Assembly: GCA_023249675.1 (NCBI GenBank)
Contig: JAHFCE010000003.1
Location: 111,785 to 175,784, forward strand
Reading direction: 5' to 3'
From: Elusimicrobiota bacterium
GTDB taxonomy: Bacteria; Elusimicrobiota; Elusimicrobia; UBA1565; UBA9628
Length of the DNA stretch: 64,000 nt
The notes below the pieces were generated by a model that worked only from the letters and a program-made list of their open reading frames with translations, was not told where the DNA came from and searched no databases. The position numbers and the translations under genes were made by a program. Below are positions 1 to 9,419 of this stretch, one piece after another (within the stretch, counting starts at the first letter, position 1; each line of letters begins with the position of its first letter).

Positions 1-602
1 TCATCGATGTGGACAGTTTCGCGCTTGAGAACGTCAACGAGAAGACCCGCGACGCGAAAGAGAGTCCGGGCGCCACTCTGTACCTCAATATTGGCCATCT
101 CGTGACGAATCTCTCGATCGTGGAGAACGGGGTTACGCGCGTCGTGCGCGACATGTTCATTGCGGGGAGCACGATGACGAAGGCGATCATGAAGGCCTTC
201 CAGTGCGATGCCGCCAAGGCTGAGGAGCTCAAGCACTCGCGCGGCGTGTTCGTCGATCCCGAGGAGAAGGAAAAGGCGCTTGCGGACGGCGACCGCGACG
301 GCCTCGGCGTCTCGCAGGCCGTCGGCCAGGTCGCGCGCGATCTTGTCGCCGAAGTCCACCGTTCCGTCGACTTCTACCTCTCGCAGGGTCCGGACCGCTC
401 GATTGGCCGCATCATACTTGCCGGCGGCACCGCGCGCCTCAAGAATCTCGACAAGCATCTTGCGCAGGAGTTGAAGGTGCCCGTCTCGGTGCTGAATCCG
501 TTTTCTTTTGTGAAGGGCGGCGTCAACGTGCCGGAGGCGCTGTCTGCCTCGTTCGGAGTGGCGGCGGGACTCGCTTTGAGACAGAACAGGGATTGGGAAT
601 AG
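1..602 (+). CDS. pilM: Type IV pilus assembly protein PilM (actin-like ATPase fold), C-terminal ~197 aa; 5' end lies outside the window
   Basis: ORF 9..602 has no upstream stop in frame. The C-terminus ('ILAGGTARLKNLDKHLAQELKVPVSVLNPF') is typical of PilM. It is followed directly by pilN/O/P/Q. Confidence 0.85.
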   Translation, partial: IDVDSFALENVNEKTRDAKESPGATLYLNIGHLVTNLSIVENGVTRVVRDMFIAGSTMTKAIMKAFQCDAAKAEELKHSRGVFVDPEEKEKALADGDRDGLGVSQAVGQVARDLVAEVHRSVDFYLSQGPDRSIGRIILAGGTARLKNLDKHLAQELKVPVSVLNPFSFVKGGVNVPEALSASFGVAAGLALRQNRDWE

Positions 603-608
603 AGAGCG

Positions 609-1151
609 ATGATTAAGGTCAACCTCGTTCCGGCGGGAATCCTCGCCAAGGCCAAGCAGCGGCAGCTGTTGCTGCAGGCCGCGGTGCTCGGCGGCCTTAT
701 GGCTCTTGTTCTAGCGGTCGTTTCCTGCGGCCATTGGTACGGAAAGCATGCGCTTGAAATCACTCTGGCCGCCGATGAAATCGAACTCAAGCGCCTGGAC
801 CGTGTGGTCAAGCAGGTCGAGGAGCTCGAGAAGGCGGCCGCCGCCGTGCGCGCGCGTCTGAGCGTCATCGAGGACCTGCTCCTTGGACGCGCCTACTACC
901 CCGTTTTTATGTCGGAGTTCGCCCGCTCGGTTCCGGCCGGCGTCCGGGTGAACTCGATGACGACCTCAACCGTGTCGTCCGGCGCCATCAAGCTCGTGAT
1001 CTCCGCCGCTGCGAACTCGAATGAGGACATTGCGGCCTGGGTGAAGACCCTGGAGAAAAACGCCAAGTTCAGCTTGATTGAGCTTGGGGCCGTTAACGCC
1101 GCGGTGGCTTTCTATAACTTTTCGATGACGGCGACCTACACAAGTAAATAA
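609..1151 (+). CDS. pilN: Type IV pilus inner-membrane assembly protein PilN (single TM plus coiled coil)
   Basis: 180 aa with an N-terminal 'VNLVP', one TM helix and a coiled-coil periplasmic part. It sits between pilM and pilO, 6 bp after the pilM stop. Confidence 0.75.
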   Translation: MIKVNLVPAGILAKAKQRQLLLQAAVLGGLMALVLAVVSCGHWYGKHALEITLAADEIELKRLDRVVKQVEELEKAAAAVRARLSVIEDLLLGRAYYPVFMSEFARSVPAGVRVNSMTTSTVSSGAIKLVISAAANSNEDIAAWVKTLEKNAKFSLIELGAVNAAVAFYNFSMTATYTSK

Positions 1152-1152
1152 A

Positions 1153-1698
1153 ATGGCCATGCAACTGTCGAAGCAGCAGCAGCAATACCTCGGCGCCGGC
1201 GCCGTGCTGTTCGTCGTCCTCGGCGCTGTCTATGTGAAGTTCTTTTGGCTGCCCATCGCGCAGGCCAAGGCCGAGGCCACCGAGAAGATCGCTCAGATCG
1301 AGGCCAAGATCGTGAAGGCCAAGCAGCAGGCGGCCCGCCTCGAGCGCCTGCAGGCTGAAATCGCGAGCCTGAATGAGCGTGCAGCCGAGGCCGAGAAGCG
1401 GCTGCCGAAGACGAAGTCCGTGCCCGACATCCTGCTTGCGATCTCTGGGCTCGCGCAGAAGAATCGCGTGGTGATTCAGAGTTTCGCGCCGGGACCGCAG
1501 AAGAGCCAGACATACTTTATCGAGCTGGCTTATCCTCTTGCGGTGCGTGGTTCCTATCACAATATTGGCCGCTTTCTGGCTGCCCTCTCGCTCGAGGAGC
1601 GGATATTCAATGTGAGGGACATCAATTATCCATCGGCCGACGCTTTTGGGGACATGACTGTGACCCTGACCTTGCTCTCGTATCAGTACAAAGGATGA
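1153..1698 (+). CDS. pilO: Type IV pilus assembly protein PilO
   Basis: 181 aa with an N-terminal TM, a coiled coil and a C-terminal ferredoxin-like region. It starts 1 bp after the pilN stop and overlaps pilP by 4 bp. Confidence 0.75.
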   Translation: MAMQLSKQQQQYLGAGAVLFVVLGAVYVKFFWLPIAQAKAEATEKIAQIEAKIVKAKQQAARLERLQAEIASLNERAAEAEKRLPKTKSVPDILLAISGLAQKNRVVIQSFAPGPQKSQTYFIELAYPLAVRGSYHNIGRFLAALSLEERIFNVRDINYPSADAFGDMTVTLTLLSYQYKG

Positions 1699-2177
1699 TA
1701 ACCTTCGCCCTCGTTTTACTTTTCGCGATGGCCGGTCCCACGCAAGCGGGACCGGCGCCGTCACCGGCCGCGTCAACGGGCGCCATTTTGCCGATTGGAG
1801 CTTCGACGCAGACCGTGTCGAGCCTCTACACCGGCGACCGCGTGCGCGATCCCTTTCTGCCCTCCGCGATGGGCGTCACCGGCCCGCGCCGAGTCGAGGA
1901 TGCGAAGACAGCCGGCTCTATGGTCTTGGACATTCACAGCATGCTTCTGCGCGGTATCATGAAGGACCCAAAAATCGACTACGCGCTGTTCACCTCCGAG
2001 GATGGCGGCACCTACCTTTTGCGCGGCGGCAAGCTCTACAACGAACGCAATAAGCCGGTCACGGGCATCACGGGCGTCATCAAACTCAAGCAAAAGACCG
2101 TGGAGCTCATCACGTCCGATAAGGACGTTCAGGTATTTCGTCTCGGCGAAGATGAGAAAGAAAAAGAGAAGCCCTAG
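1695..2177 (+). CDS. pilP: Type IV pilus assembly protein PilP-like (signal peptide, periplasmic)
   Basis: 160 aa with a signal peptide and a beta-rich C-terminal domain ending in a Lys/Glu-rich tail. Its position between pilO and pilQ matches the canonical pilMNOPQ order. Confidence 0.6.
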   Translation: MITFALVLLFAMAGPTQAGPAPSPAASTGAILPIGASTQTVSSLYTGDRVRDPFLPSAMGVTGPRRVEDAKTAGSMVLDIHSMLLRGIMKDPKIDYALFTSEDGGTYLLRGGKLYNERNKPVTGITGVIKLKQKTVELITSDKDVQVFRLGEDEKEKEKP

Positions 2178-2190
2178 CCGCGGAGAATTT

Positions 2191-4260
2191 ATGATCAATC
2201 ACCAATTGAAGAAAATCCTGTCCGCGGCGCTCGCCGTCGTCCTCTCCGTCCCTGCGGGCGTCGTTGAGGCCTTCGCCGCCGCGCCGGCCCCCGCTGTCTT
2301 CCAGGGCGTTGAAGTTTCCGACGATTTCGTCACGATCAAGCTCAGCGCCAACGCCCCATACAACAGCTTCTTGACCCAGACGCCTCCGCGTCTCGTGCTA
2401 GAGCTTCTCGACACCAAGCACGATGGGCCGACCCAGTCCGCTCCGGGCAAGGGAACGTTCCTTGCCGGCGTGCGTTCGGGCCAGTTCGAGAAGTCGCCGC
2501 GCCTGATCACCCGTGTTGTGATGGATCTTGTGAAGATGGCGGGCTATAAGGTCGGCGCGATCTCGGGGGGGCTGACCGTTCAGCTGATCGGCTCGGTTGA
2601 TGGCGGATCCAAGAACACGGTTTTGGCGCCGGCCCCCATCCCTGTGCCGGCTCTTCCGGCCATTAGGCCCGTTATCGCCAAGCGCGCGGCTGCGGCTAAA
2701 GCCCCCGCTCCCATCGTCGAGGTTCCCGTGGCCGCTGCGCCCGCTTACATGGCGCCGGCCCCGGAACCGGAAGTGCCGAAGGCGAGACAGCGTGTCAATG
2801 TGACGGCCGCGCAGGCGATGCGGCGCGCCGGTCTCGATGGGAGCATGACCCTGGAACTCGCAGCCGCGGCTCAAAGTTCAGATATCACGAGGAGTAAGGT
2901 TGATCCTGTCGGCGAGGTCGAGGATGGGGACAAGGTCGGGCACGCGGCCGGCGGGCGCATTTTCCGCGACATCATGAGCCGTCTGCCTCGCGACATCGTG
3001 ACGCTCGATTTCGACAATACCGACATCCGCGATGTGATTCATCTGCTCGCGGCGAAGGCCAAGGTTAATATCGTGTTCGGCCCGGACGTCACCGGCTCGC
3101 TGACGTTGCATCTTACCGATGTTCCATTTAATGAGGCCTTCCGCACAGCTCTGTCCATGATGAAACTGACGACCGATCAAGTCGGCGACAATATCCTGCG
3201 CGTGATCACCCCGGCCGAACTCACCAAGCAGCGCACCACCTCGACGGCCATCACCAAGGTCTATGTCCTCAACTACGCGAAGGCAACCGAAGTCAAGACA
3301 ACGATCGATTCTGTTCGGATGGCGGAAGGCCGCAATGGCAGCTCGACCGCCGACACGAAGACGAACACCTTGATCGTGACCGACTCCCTCGAGGGCCAGC
3401 TGTCCACGGAGAACCTGATCGCGCAGATGGACCAGCGGCCGCGCCAGGTGCTCATCGAGACCAAGATCATCGAGATCAACGCGAACTCCGGCCTCAACTA
3501 CGGTGTGCAGTGGGACTATCAAAGCGCCCAGCGGGGAACAATCGGTGGCCAGAAGGGAGTCTCGCTGATCGGCACGACCTCCAATCCAGCGGCGGCCTCC
3601 AGCCCCGTCCTCAATCCCCTTGACCAGAACGCGAACACCGCCGTTGGCGCCGGCGCATCCGGCCGCGGCACGGGCGTGGCGCTCGCCGCCGACCGCGTCT
3701 TCGGCGCGCTGACCCTGGGCCGCATCACGAACAACTTCATTCTGAACGCGACCTTGACTGCGGCGGCGTCCGAGGGCAAGGCGAAGATTCTCTCCGAGCC
3801 CAAAATCGCCACGCTCAACAACCAGGCGGCGAACATCAATGTCACGACGCAGATTCCCTATGTGACCTCGAACGTGGCCTCCACCGGCGTGCAGACCCAG
3901 TCGGTTGCCTATGTAACTACTGGCATTCAGTTGACGGTCACGCCGAGCATCAACGCCGACGGCCGCATCACCCTTCAGGTCAACCCGAACGTGAGCCAGC
4001 CTTCCGCGACCGCGGCCGGCAGCACGCAGACCGGCGCTCCCGCCGTTGATTCGCGCAACGCCACTACGACCGTGCTCGTGCGCGACGGCGAGACGATTGT
4101 GATCGGCGGCCTGATTACCGACACGATGCAGGACACGATTTCCAAGGTTCCCCTGCTCGGCGACATTCCGATCCTGGGTTGGCTGTTCAAGAAGAAGACC
4201 AAGACTCGCGTACGCGCGGAGCTCCTGATCTTCGTGACGACGAGAATATTGCCGGACTAA
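2191..4260 (+). CDS. pilQ: Type IV pilus secretin PilQ (AMIN domain, Pro/Ala linker, N0/N1 and secretin domains)
   Basis: The ORF 2002..4260 most likely starts at ATG 2191, which has a GGAGAA Shine-Dalgarno 5 nt upstream and lies just after the pilP stop. The C-terminal secretin motif reads 'VLVRDGETIVIGGLI...VPLLGDIPILGWLFKKK'. The N-terminus looks like an AMIN domain. Confidence 0.9.
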   Translation: MINHQLKKILSAALAVVLSVPAGVVEAFAAAPAPAVFQGVEVSDDFVTIKLSANAPYNSFLTQTPPRLVLELLDTKHDGPTQSAPGKGTFLAGVRSGQFEKSPRLITRVVMDLVKMAGYKVGAISGGLTVQLIGSVDGGSKNTVLAPAPIPVPALPAIRPVIAKRAAAAKAPAPIVEVPVAAAPAYMAPAPEPEVPKARQRVNVTAAQAMRRAGLDGSMTLELAAAAQSSDITRSKVDPVGEVEDGDKVGHAAGGRIFRDIMSRLPRDIVTLDFDNTDIRDVIHLLAAKAKVNIVFGPDVTGSLTLHLTDVPFNEAFRTALSMMKLTTDQVGDNILRVITPAELTKQRTTSTAITKVYVLNYAKATEVKTTIDSVRMAEGRNGSSTADTKTNTLIVTDSLEGQLSTENLIAQMDQRPRQVLIETKIIEINANSGLNYGVQWDYQSAQRGTIGGQKGVSLIGTTSNPAAASSPVLNPLDQNANTAVGAGASGRGTGVALAADRVFGALTLGRITNNFILNATLTAAASEGKAKILSEPKIATLNNQAANINVTTQIPYVTSNVASTGVQTQSVAYVTTGIQLTVTPSINADGRITLQVNPNVSQPSATAAGSTQTGAPAVDSRNATTTVLVRDGETIVIGGLITDTMQDTISKVPLLGDIPILGWLFKKKTKTRVRAELLIFVTTRILPD

Positions 4261-4263
4261 GCG

Positions 4264-5625
4264 GTGCTTGCCGGACTCGTCGGGACTGTTGTCGCCTCGG
4301 GCCTCCTGCTTCGAGGCGCGTGGGATCTCTGGGCGCAGTCGTTGGTTCTTCTTGGGCTCCTGGCTGCCTCCGCGGCCTGGTTGTGCGCCCGCCTCGTGTC
4401 GGGCTGGTTGCCTCGCCCTGAGGATAGAACGTTCGGTTGGATCCTCGCGCTCGTATCCCTGTCCGCGCTGTCGGCGTTCCTGAGCCCAGTTCCGGCCTAC
4501 TCGCGCCCGGCCTGGGCGGCGTCGGCGGCGGGCCTCTCCCTGTTCCCACTTATCTCCGTTCTCGATTCCGAGGGTCGAGAGCGTGTCGAGCGTTTCCTGC
4601 GCGGGGCGGGCTGGGCATTGCTCCTGCTCGCCGTCTATCAGAGACTTCATAGCGAGAGCCGCCCCCCCGCGACATTCATTAATCAGAACGCGTTTGCCGG
4701 AGCGATCCTGCTGCTGCTGCCCATCGCGTCGCGCGCGGGTCATTGGGCGCTCGCTGGCGGCCTGCTCCTGTGTCTGTGGTGGACGCGGTCCGTCGGGGCT
4801 TGGCTCGGGCTTGCGGCCGCTTTGCTCCTGCATCGGCGCGCGGCCGGCGCGGCAGCGTTTTGGCCAGCCGCCGCCGCGGGTTTCGTCGGCCTTGTTGCCG
4901 CCTACGCCAAGTTCCAGCCGCCGGAAACTTTGCATCGCGTCGAGTGGTGGAAGGCGGCTTGGCGCATGGCGGCCGAGGCGCCCTGGCTCGGCCTCGGTCC
5001 CGGCTCGTACGCGTACGCCCTGCCGGCGTACGCTGCCGGACGCCCAGAGCTGTCGTCCGTGTTCGCGCATCAATACTTTCTCGAGACCGCCGCCGAGCGC
5101 GGCTGGCCGTACGTCCTGCTGTGGATCCTGGGGCTCGCCGTGCTGCTCAAGCCGGCACCCGCCGCGCGGCGCTTCGGACCCGTCGCGGCCCTGATCCACG
5201 GACTCGTGGATTATCCGCTCTCCGTGCCCGGCGTGTTCTGGCTTTTCTGCGCGTCGACAGCGCTCGCGGCGCCGGAGTCGGGGCGTTCTGTCAACGTCCC
5301 GCTGCGCTGGCGTCCGGTTCTGTGCGCGAGCGTTCTCATCGCGGCTTCTGCGTCCGGAATTTTCGTATGGCGAGGCTGGTCGGCCGACCGTCTGCGTGCC
5401 CAGGGGATCGAGTCGATCCGTGCGGGACGTCTGGATGAGGCGGCCAGCACGCTGTCCGCTTCCGAGGTTTTGTCGCCTCATCCGGAGGCCGCGCGCCTGC
5501 GGGCGGAGATCATCCTGGCGCGCGGCGGCTCGGCGGTCGAGGCTGCGGGGCACCTCGCGCGTGCGATCGCACTCGATCCCTATCGCGCCTCGAACCAGAA
5601 GATGCTCAGGGCTTTGCAGAGATGA
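4264..5625 (+). CDS. Polytopic membrane protein with an O-antigen ligase/Wzy_C-like domain and a C-terminal TPR-like segment; candidate O-oligosaccharyltransferase or ligase
   Basis: GTG start 3 bp after the pilQ stop. About 10 TM helices. It has a Wzy_C-like core ('WWTRSVGAWLGLAAALLL', 'HQYFLETAAERGW') and a C-terminal helical TPR-like tail. Confidence 0.6.
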   Translation: MLAGLVGTVVASGLLLRGAWDLWAQSLVLLGLLAASAAWLCARLVSGWLPRPEDRTFGWILALVSLSALSAFLSPVPAYSRPAWAASAAGLSLFPLISVLDSEGRERVERFLRGAGWALLLLAVYQRLHSESRPPATFINQNAFAGAILLLLPIASRAGHWALAGGLLLCLWWTRSVGAWLGLAAALLLHRRAAGAAAFWPAAAAGFVGLVAAYAKFQPPETLHRVEWWKAAWRMAAEAPWLGLGPGSYAYALPAYAAGRPELSSVFAHQYFLETAAERGWPYVLLWILGLAVLLKPAPAARRFGPVAALIHGLVDYPLSVPGVFWLFCASTALAAPESGRSVNVPLRWRPVLCASVLIAASASGIFVWRGWSADRLRAQGIESIRAGRLDEAASTLSASEVLSPHPEAARLRAEIILARGGSAVEAAGHLARAIALDPYRASNQKMLRALQR

Positions 5626-7581
5626 ATGAACGCTGAACGCCTTCGTATCGGTCCGGAGACCCTTGTCGCCACGGCGCTCGCGGCAGCCGTCTTGGCGCTT
5701 CTCGGCGTCGCGTGGGCGCGCGGGCTGTCGGTGTTCTGGAGCGATCTCACTTATCTGCATCACGGCTGGCGCGCCGCGCCCGCCATGCTCGTCGTGGCCG
5801 GGCGCGCGCCTCTCTGGGAGCCGGCGCTTTACTTCGGCATGCCGATGGCGGGCACGATGCAAGGCGGGCTTTTTTATCCGGTGACTCTTTTCTACTACCT
5901 GTTCGGCTTCGCGACCGCGACCGCGTTGTTTCAGGCCTTGCATCTTTTCATCGCCGGGTGGCTGTGCGCGCTGTGGCTTCGTTCCTGCCGTTTGTCCTGG
6001 GGAGCGAGCTTTGGCGGGGCCTTTCTGTTCGCTTTTGGGGGCGTAATGATCGCGCGCCTTCCCTTCCTCAATCATCTCTCGACGTTGGCCTGGGCTCCCG
6101 CGCTCGCGCTGTTCTTTAGGCGTCCCGCGCCGTTGGGCCTCGCGTTGGCGTTGATGGTTCTTGCCGGCTACCCGACCTTCATCCCGGGGTGCGCGGCTGC
6201 CGCGTGGGTCGCGGCCTATGCGGCCCGCTCCAAGCGTTGGTCTTGGAGCGTCGCCGCCATCGACTGGGTCCTGGCGGCTGTGCTCGCCGGCGCGCTCAGC
6301 GCGGCGCAGCTTCTTCCGGGTTTGGAGCTTGCGACCCATTCCCGGCGTTCCTCCGGTGTCGGCCTTGCCGAGGCGTTGACGTGGGGCTTTACGCCTGCCG
6401 ATCTGCTCCAATGGATTGGGCCGCTGGCGGTCGGACTGTCGCATTTCCGTCCGTCCATCGATTGGACGATGTGCGTTTACCTTGGACTCGTGGGCGCGGC
6501 GGCGGCGGCTTACGGCGCCTGCGTTCTGCCGCGGCGCCGGGCTCTTGTTCTCGGCGCGGCCATTGTGGGCGTCGCATTCCTGACGCTCGGAGCCTCTCAC
6601 CCGCTGTCCGGCGCGTTGTGGCGCGTCCTGCCGCCCCTGCGCTTCGTCCGTTACCCGGGCAACCTGGCTTATATCGCTCTGCTCCCGTTGGCCGCGCTCG
6701 CCGCGGCGGGCTTCTCGGACCGTCGGGCGGGGCCGGTGCTCGTGATTCTGTCGGCGTTTGAGCTATTGGCGCTCGGCCGTTGCGCGACGCCGCTCGCTCC
6801 CCGCGCCCTATTCGCCGAACCTGGCCTGCTCGTGCGGACCCTGCAGAAAAGCCAGGGGGACGCGCGTTATCTGATTTCGCCGAGGGCCTTGCAGGCGTCG
6901 AAGGGCTCAGACATCTTCGACTGGAAGCAGCGCCTTTACGGCCTGACGAATGCGCCCTATCGCTTGCGTGCGGCCGCCAATTTTGGCGAGCCTTTGGTGC
7001 CGTCATCCTCCTATGCGGTGATGGACGCGTTGTTGAGTCTGCCGAGCGCCGACGCGGCTGCGGGCTGGATGCCGTGGATTGGGGCCGCGCGCCTGCTGAC
7101 CCCAGAACCGGCGACCTCGCCGCTGCTCACAGCCGAGACACGTTCTCTTTGGGATATCTCGAAATTGCGCGCAAGTCCGGTCTCGCTCGCCTATCAATTG
7201 ACGCCGCAGGATGGCGCGGCCCTGTCGGTGGCGTGGCCGGCGATTCCGCCGGACGCCGCCCGTTCGGCGCTCGAGGTGCGCCGTCCGCGCGAGGACCGTT
7301 TTGAAGTGTCCGGCGCAGGCGCGGGCTGGGCGTACGTCGCGGAGCCGCGCTTTCCGGGCTGGACGACCGTGCTCTCTGTTCCCTCGGGAGAGCGGCGCGT
7401 GACGCCCGAGCCGGCGCTGGGCGCCTTCCAGAAAGTTGAGACCCCGGCCGGTCCTTGGACCTTGCGCTGGCGCTATGAGCCGCAGCCGTGGCGGTTCGGG
7501 CTGCTTGCGACGTGGGCGGCGTGGATAGTCCTGGCGGCCTATTGGTATCATCGAACTCTCGCCTTAGGAGGGATTCAATGA
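5626..7581 (+). CDS. YfhO-family GT-C fold membrane glycosyltransferase (paralog 1)
   Basis: 651 aa polytopic protein. The N-terminal loop motif 'PLWEPALYFGMPMAGTMQGGLFYP' resembles the YfhO signature. Its ATG abuts the preceding TGA. A large C-terminal periplasmic domain follows. Confidence 0.6.
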   Translation: MNAERLRIGPETLVATALAAAVLALLGVAWARGLSVFWSDLTYLHHGWRAAPAMLVVAGRAPLWEPALYFGMPMAGTMQGGLFYPVTLFYYLFGFATATALFQALHLFIAGWLCALWLRSCRLSWGASFGGAFLFAFGGVMIARLPFLNHLSTLAWAPALALFFRRPAPLGLALALMVLAGYPTFIPGCAAAAWVAAYAARSKRWSWSVAAIDWVLAAVLAGALSAAQLLPGLELATHSRRSSGVGLAEALTWGFTPADLLQWIGPLAVGLSHFRPSIDWTMCVYLGLVGAAAAAYGACVLPRRRALVLGAAIVGVAFLTLGASHPLSGALWRVLPPLRFVRYPGNLAYIALLPLAALAAAGFSDRRAGPVLVILSAFELLALGRCATPLAPRALFAEPGLLVRTLQKSQGDARYLISPRALQASKGSDIFDWKQRLYGLTNAPYRLRAAANFGEPLVPSSSYAVMDALLSLPSADAAAGWMPWIGAARLLTPEPATSPLLTAETRSLWDISKLRASPVSLAYQLTPQDGAALSVAWPAIPPDAARSALEVRRPREDRFEVSGAGAGWAYVAEPRFPGWTTVLSVPSGERRVTPEPALGAFQKVETPAGPWTLRWRYEPQPWRFGLLATWAAWIVLAAYWYHRTLALGGIQ

Positions 7582-9419
7582 CCCGCCGTGACCTTCTCGT
7601 CGTTGGAGCCCTCGCGGCCGCCGTCCTCGCGCTGACAGCGCCCGTCTGGGCGCGACCGGGCCAAGCCTTCTTCAACCACGGCGACCTCTACGCCTATCAT
7701 TGGCCGCTGCGCCATCACACGGCGGCTGCAATCATTGAAGGCCATCTTCCTTTTTGGAATCCGTACGTCATGCTTGGTGTTCCGCACGCGGCCAACCCGC
7801 AGGCCGCATTATTTTATCCCGCCTCCGTTCTGGGTTTCCTCCTGCCCGCCATGACGGCCTTGGTTTGGGATCAGATCCTTCATCTCTTGTGGGCGGCGCT
7901 CGGCGCGTTCGTACTCGCGCGTTCGGGCCGCTTGCCGCGCGCGGCCGCCGCGGCGCTCGCGACGGCCTACGCGCTCTCGCCTTTTTTGGTCTACCGCGTG
8001 ACGGCGGGCATCCCGACCTTGGTCGCCGCGCTGTCTTGGGTGCCGTGGGCTTGGCTCGCGTGGCTCGGCGGTTCGGCGCCCCTGCTGGCGGCCGTCTTCG
8101 CTCTCCAGTTCTTCTCCGGCCACCCGCAGTTTCTTCTCGTCAACGCCGTTGGCATGGGTGTATGGGCGCTTTCGAAGGGTTCTTCGCGCGCGGTATTTCT
8201 GCTGTTCACGGGCGCGTGTGGCGCGTTGTTGCTTGCCGCGGTGCAGTGGCTGCCGACGCTTGAGCTGCTGCGCGGCTCCAGCCGTTCCGGCTGGCCGGCG
8301 CAATTCACGGCCGCCTATTCCATTCGTCCCGCGGACCTGCTGATGTGGCTGTCTCCCGGAGCGCTTGGCACGCCGTTCAACGGCGTCTGGGGCGGAGAGG
8401 TGTCCGTATTCTACGAAAGCGGCGGGGTCTGGCTTGGCTGCGCGGTGCTCGCGCTTGCGGTTGGAGGCCTCCGACTCGGGCGTGCGCGGCTCGGGCCGCT
8501 CTTGCTTATTGTGCTCGGCATTATTCTGGCGCTTGGGGCCAACGGCCCGCTTGGCCCGCTTCTGCACGCGCCCGGCTTCTCTTATCTGCGCACTCCCTCG
8601 CGCTGGTCCTTCCTTTCCTTGTGGGGTCTCTGGCTGCTTGCGGGCGCGGGCGCGCGGGCGGTGTTCTCATTGCCCAAGGTTGCGGGGGCGCTGTTCATCC
8701 TCCCGCTCATCGTGTTGGCGGAGCTCGGTTTTTGGGATTTAAGATTCCTTAAATCCATGAACGCGCGGGCGTTCACCCAGGGGAGCCCCGCCGTCGTCGC
8801 GCGCCTGGCCGGCCGCCCATCGCGTGTCCTCACCGATCCCGCGCTCGCCAATCCCAATAAGGCGATGGTCTACCGGATGCGCAACGTCAATGGTTATGAC
8901 GCGTTCTATCCCGCGAGCGCCGCTCGATGGGCCGCGCAAGCCGAGGGCGCTCCGGCCGCGGATCCGAGCTGGGTGCTGGCGTCGCGCTGGAAGTCGGATG
9001 CGGCTGTGCGCGCGGGCGTGTCCGCCCGCCTGGCGCCCTTCGGAATCGAGGAACGGGACGGCGCTTGGCCGCTGGCATCGTTTCTCAACGCGACAGGTGG
9101 CCGCGTGACCCCGGATCCGATTCTTCGCATTGACCGTCCCGAGCGTTGGCGAGTAACGGGATCAATCCCGAAGGGCGCGGTCGCGGTCGCGCTCGCCGAA
9201 ACGCGCTGGCCCGGCTGGCGCGCGGCCCTAGATGGGCGCGAGGCTCCGCTCGCGGCGTGGGGCCCTGCGTTCCAGTTCGTCTCCCTCACGCCGAATACGA
9301 CCGACGTTGATCTCCGCTTTGATTTTTCGCCGACCCGTTGGTTCTTATGGGCGGCTCTGTCGGTCGTCGCCTGGGTCTCTTGGTTTGTCGCCTTCCTGTG
9401 TCGCGCGGAGCCCGTATGA
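7578..9419 (+). CDS. YfhO-family GT-C fold membrane glycosyltransferase (paralog 2)
   Basis: The motif 'LPFWNPYVMLGVPHAANPQAALFYP' is the classical YfhO WNPY..G.P motif. The ATG at 7578 overlaps the upstream stop as ATGA. Polytopic N-terminus with a periplasmic C-terminal domain. Confidence 0.7.
   Translation: MTRRDLLVVGALAAAVLALTAPVWARPGQAFFNHGDLYAYHWPLRHHTAAAIIEGHLPFWNPYVMLGVPHAANPQAALFYPASVLGFLLPAMTALVWDQILHLLWAALGAFVLARSGRLPRAAAAALATAYALSPFLVYRVTAGIPTLVAALSWVPWAWLAWLGGSAPLLAAVFALQFFSGHPQFLLVNAVGMGVWALSKGSSRAVFLLFTGACGALLLAAVQWLPTLELLRGSSRSGWPAQFTAAYSIRPADLLMWLSPGALGTPFNGVWGGEVSVFYESGGVWLGCAVLALAVGGLRLGRARLGPLLLIVLGIILALGANGPLGPLLHAPGFSYLRTPSRWSFLSLWGLWLLAGAGARAVFSLPKVAGALFILPLIVLAELGFWDLRFLKSMNARAFTQGSPAVVARLAGRPSRVLTDPALANPNKAMVYRMRNVNGYDAFYPASAARWAAQAEGAPAADPSWVLASRWKSDAAVRAGVSARLAPFGIEERDGAWPLASFLNATGGRVTPDPILRIDRPERWRVTGSIPKGAVAVALAETRWPGWRAALDGREAPLAAWGPAFQFVSLTPNTTDVDLRFDFSPTRWFLWAALSVVAWVSWFVAFLCRAEPV

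Noticed and set aside
2002-2190. Upstream extension of the pilQ ORF overlapping pilP
   Set aside because: The extension is low-complexity Ser/Arg-rich. The ATG at 2191 has a GGAGAA Shine-Dalgarno and is followed by a typical signal peptide.
2878-6600. 1240-aa minus-strand ORF
   Set aside because: Antisense to pilQ, the Wzy_C protein and YfhO-1. Its translation is Arg/Gly/Pro/Ala-rich low complexity with no domain signature. It is a typical long stop-free antisense frame in GC-rich DNA.
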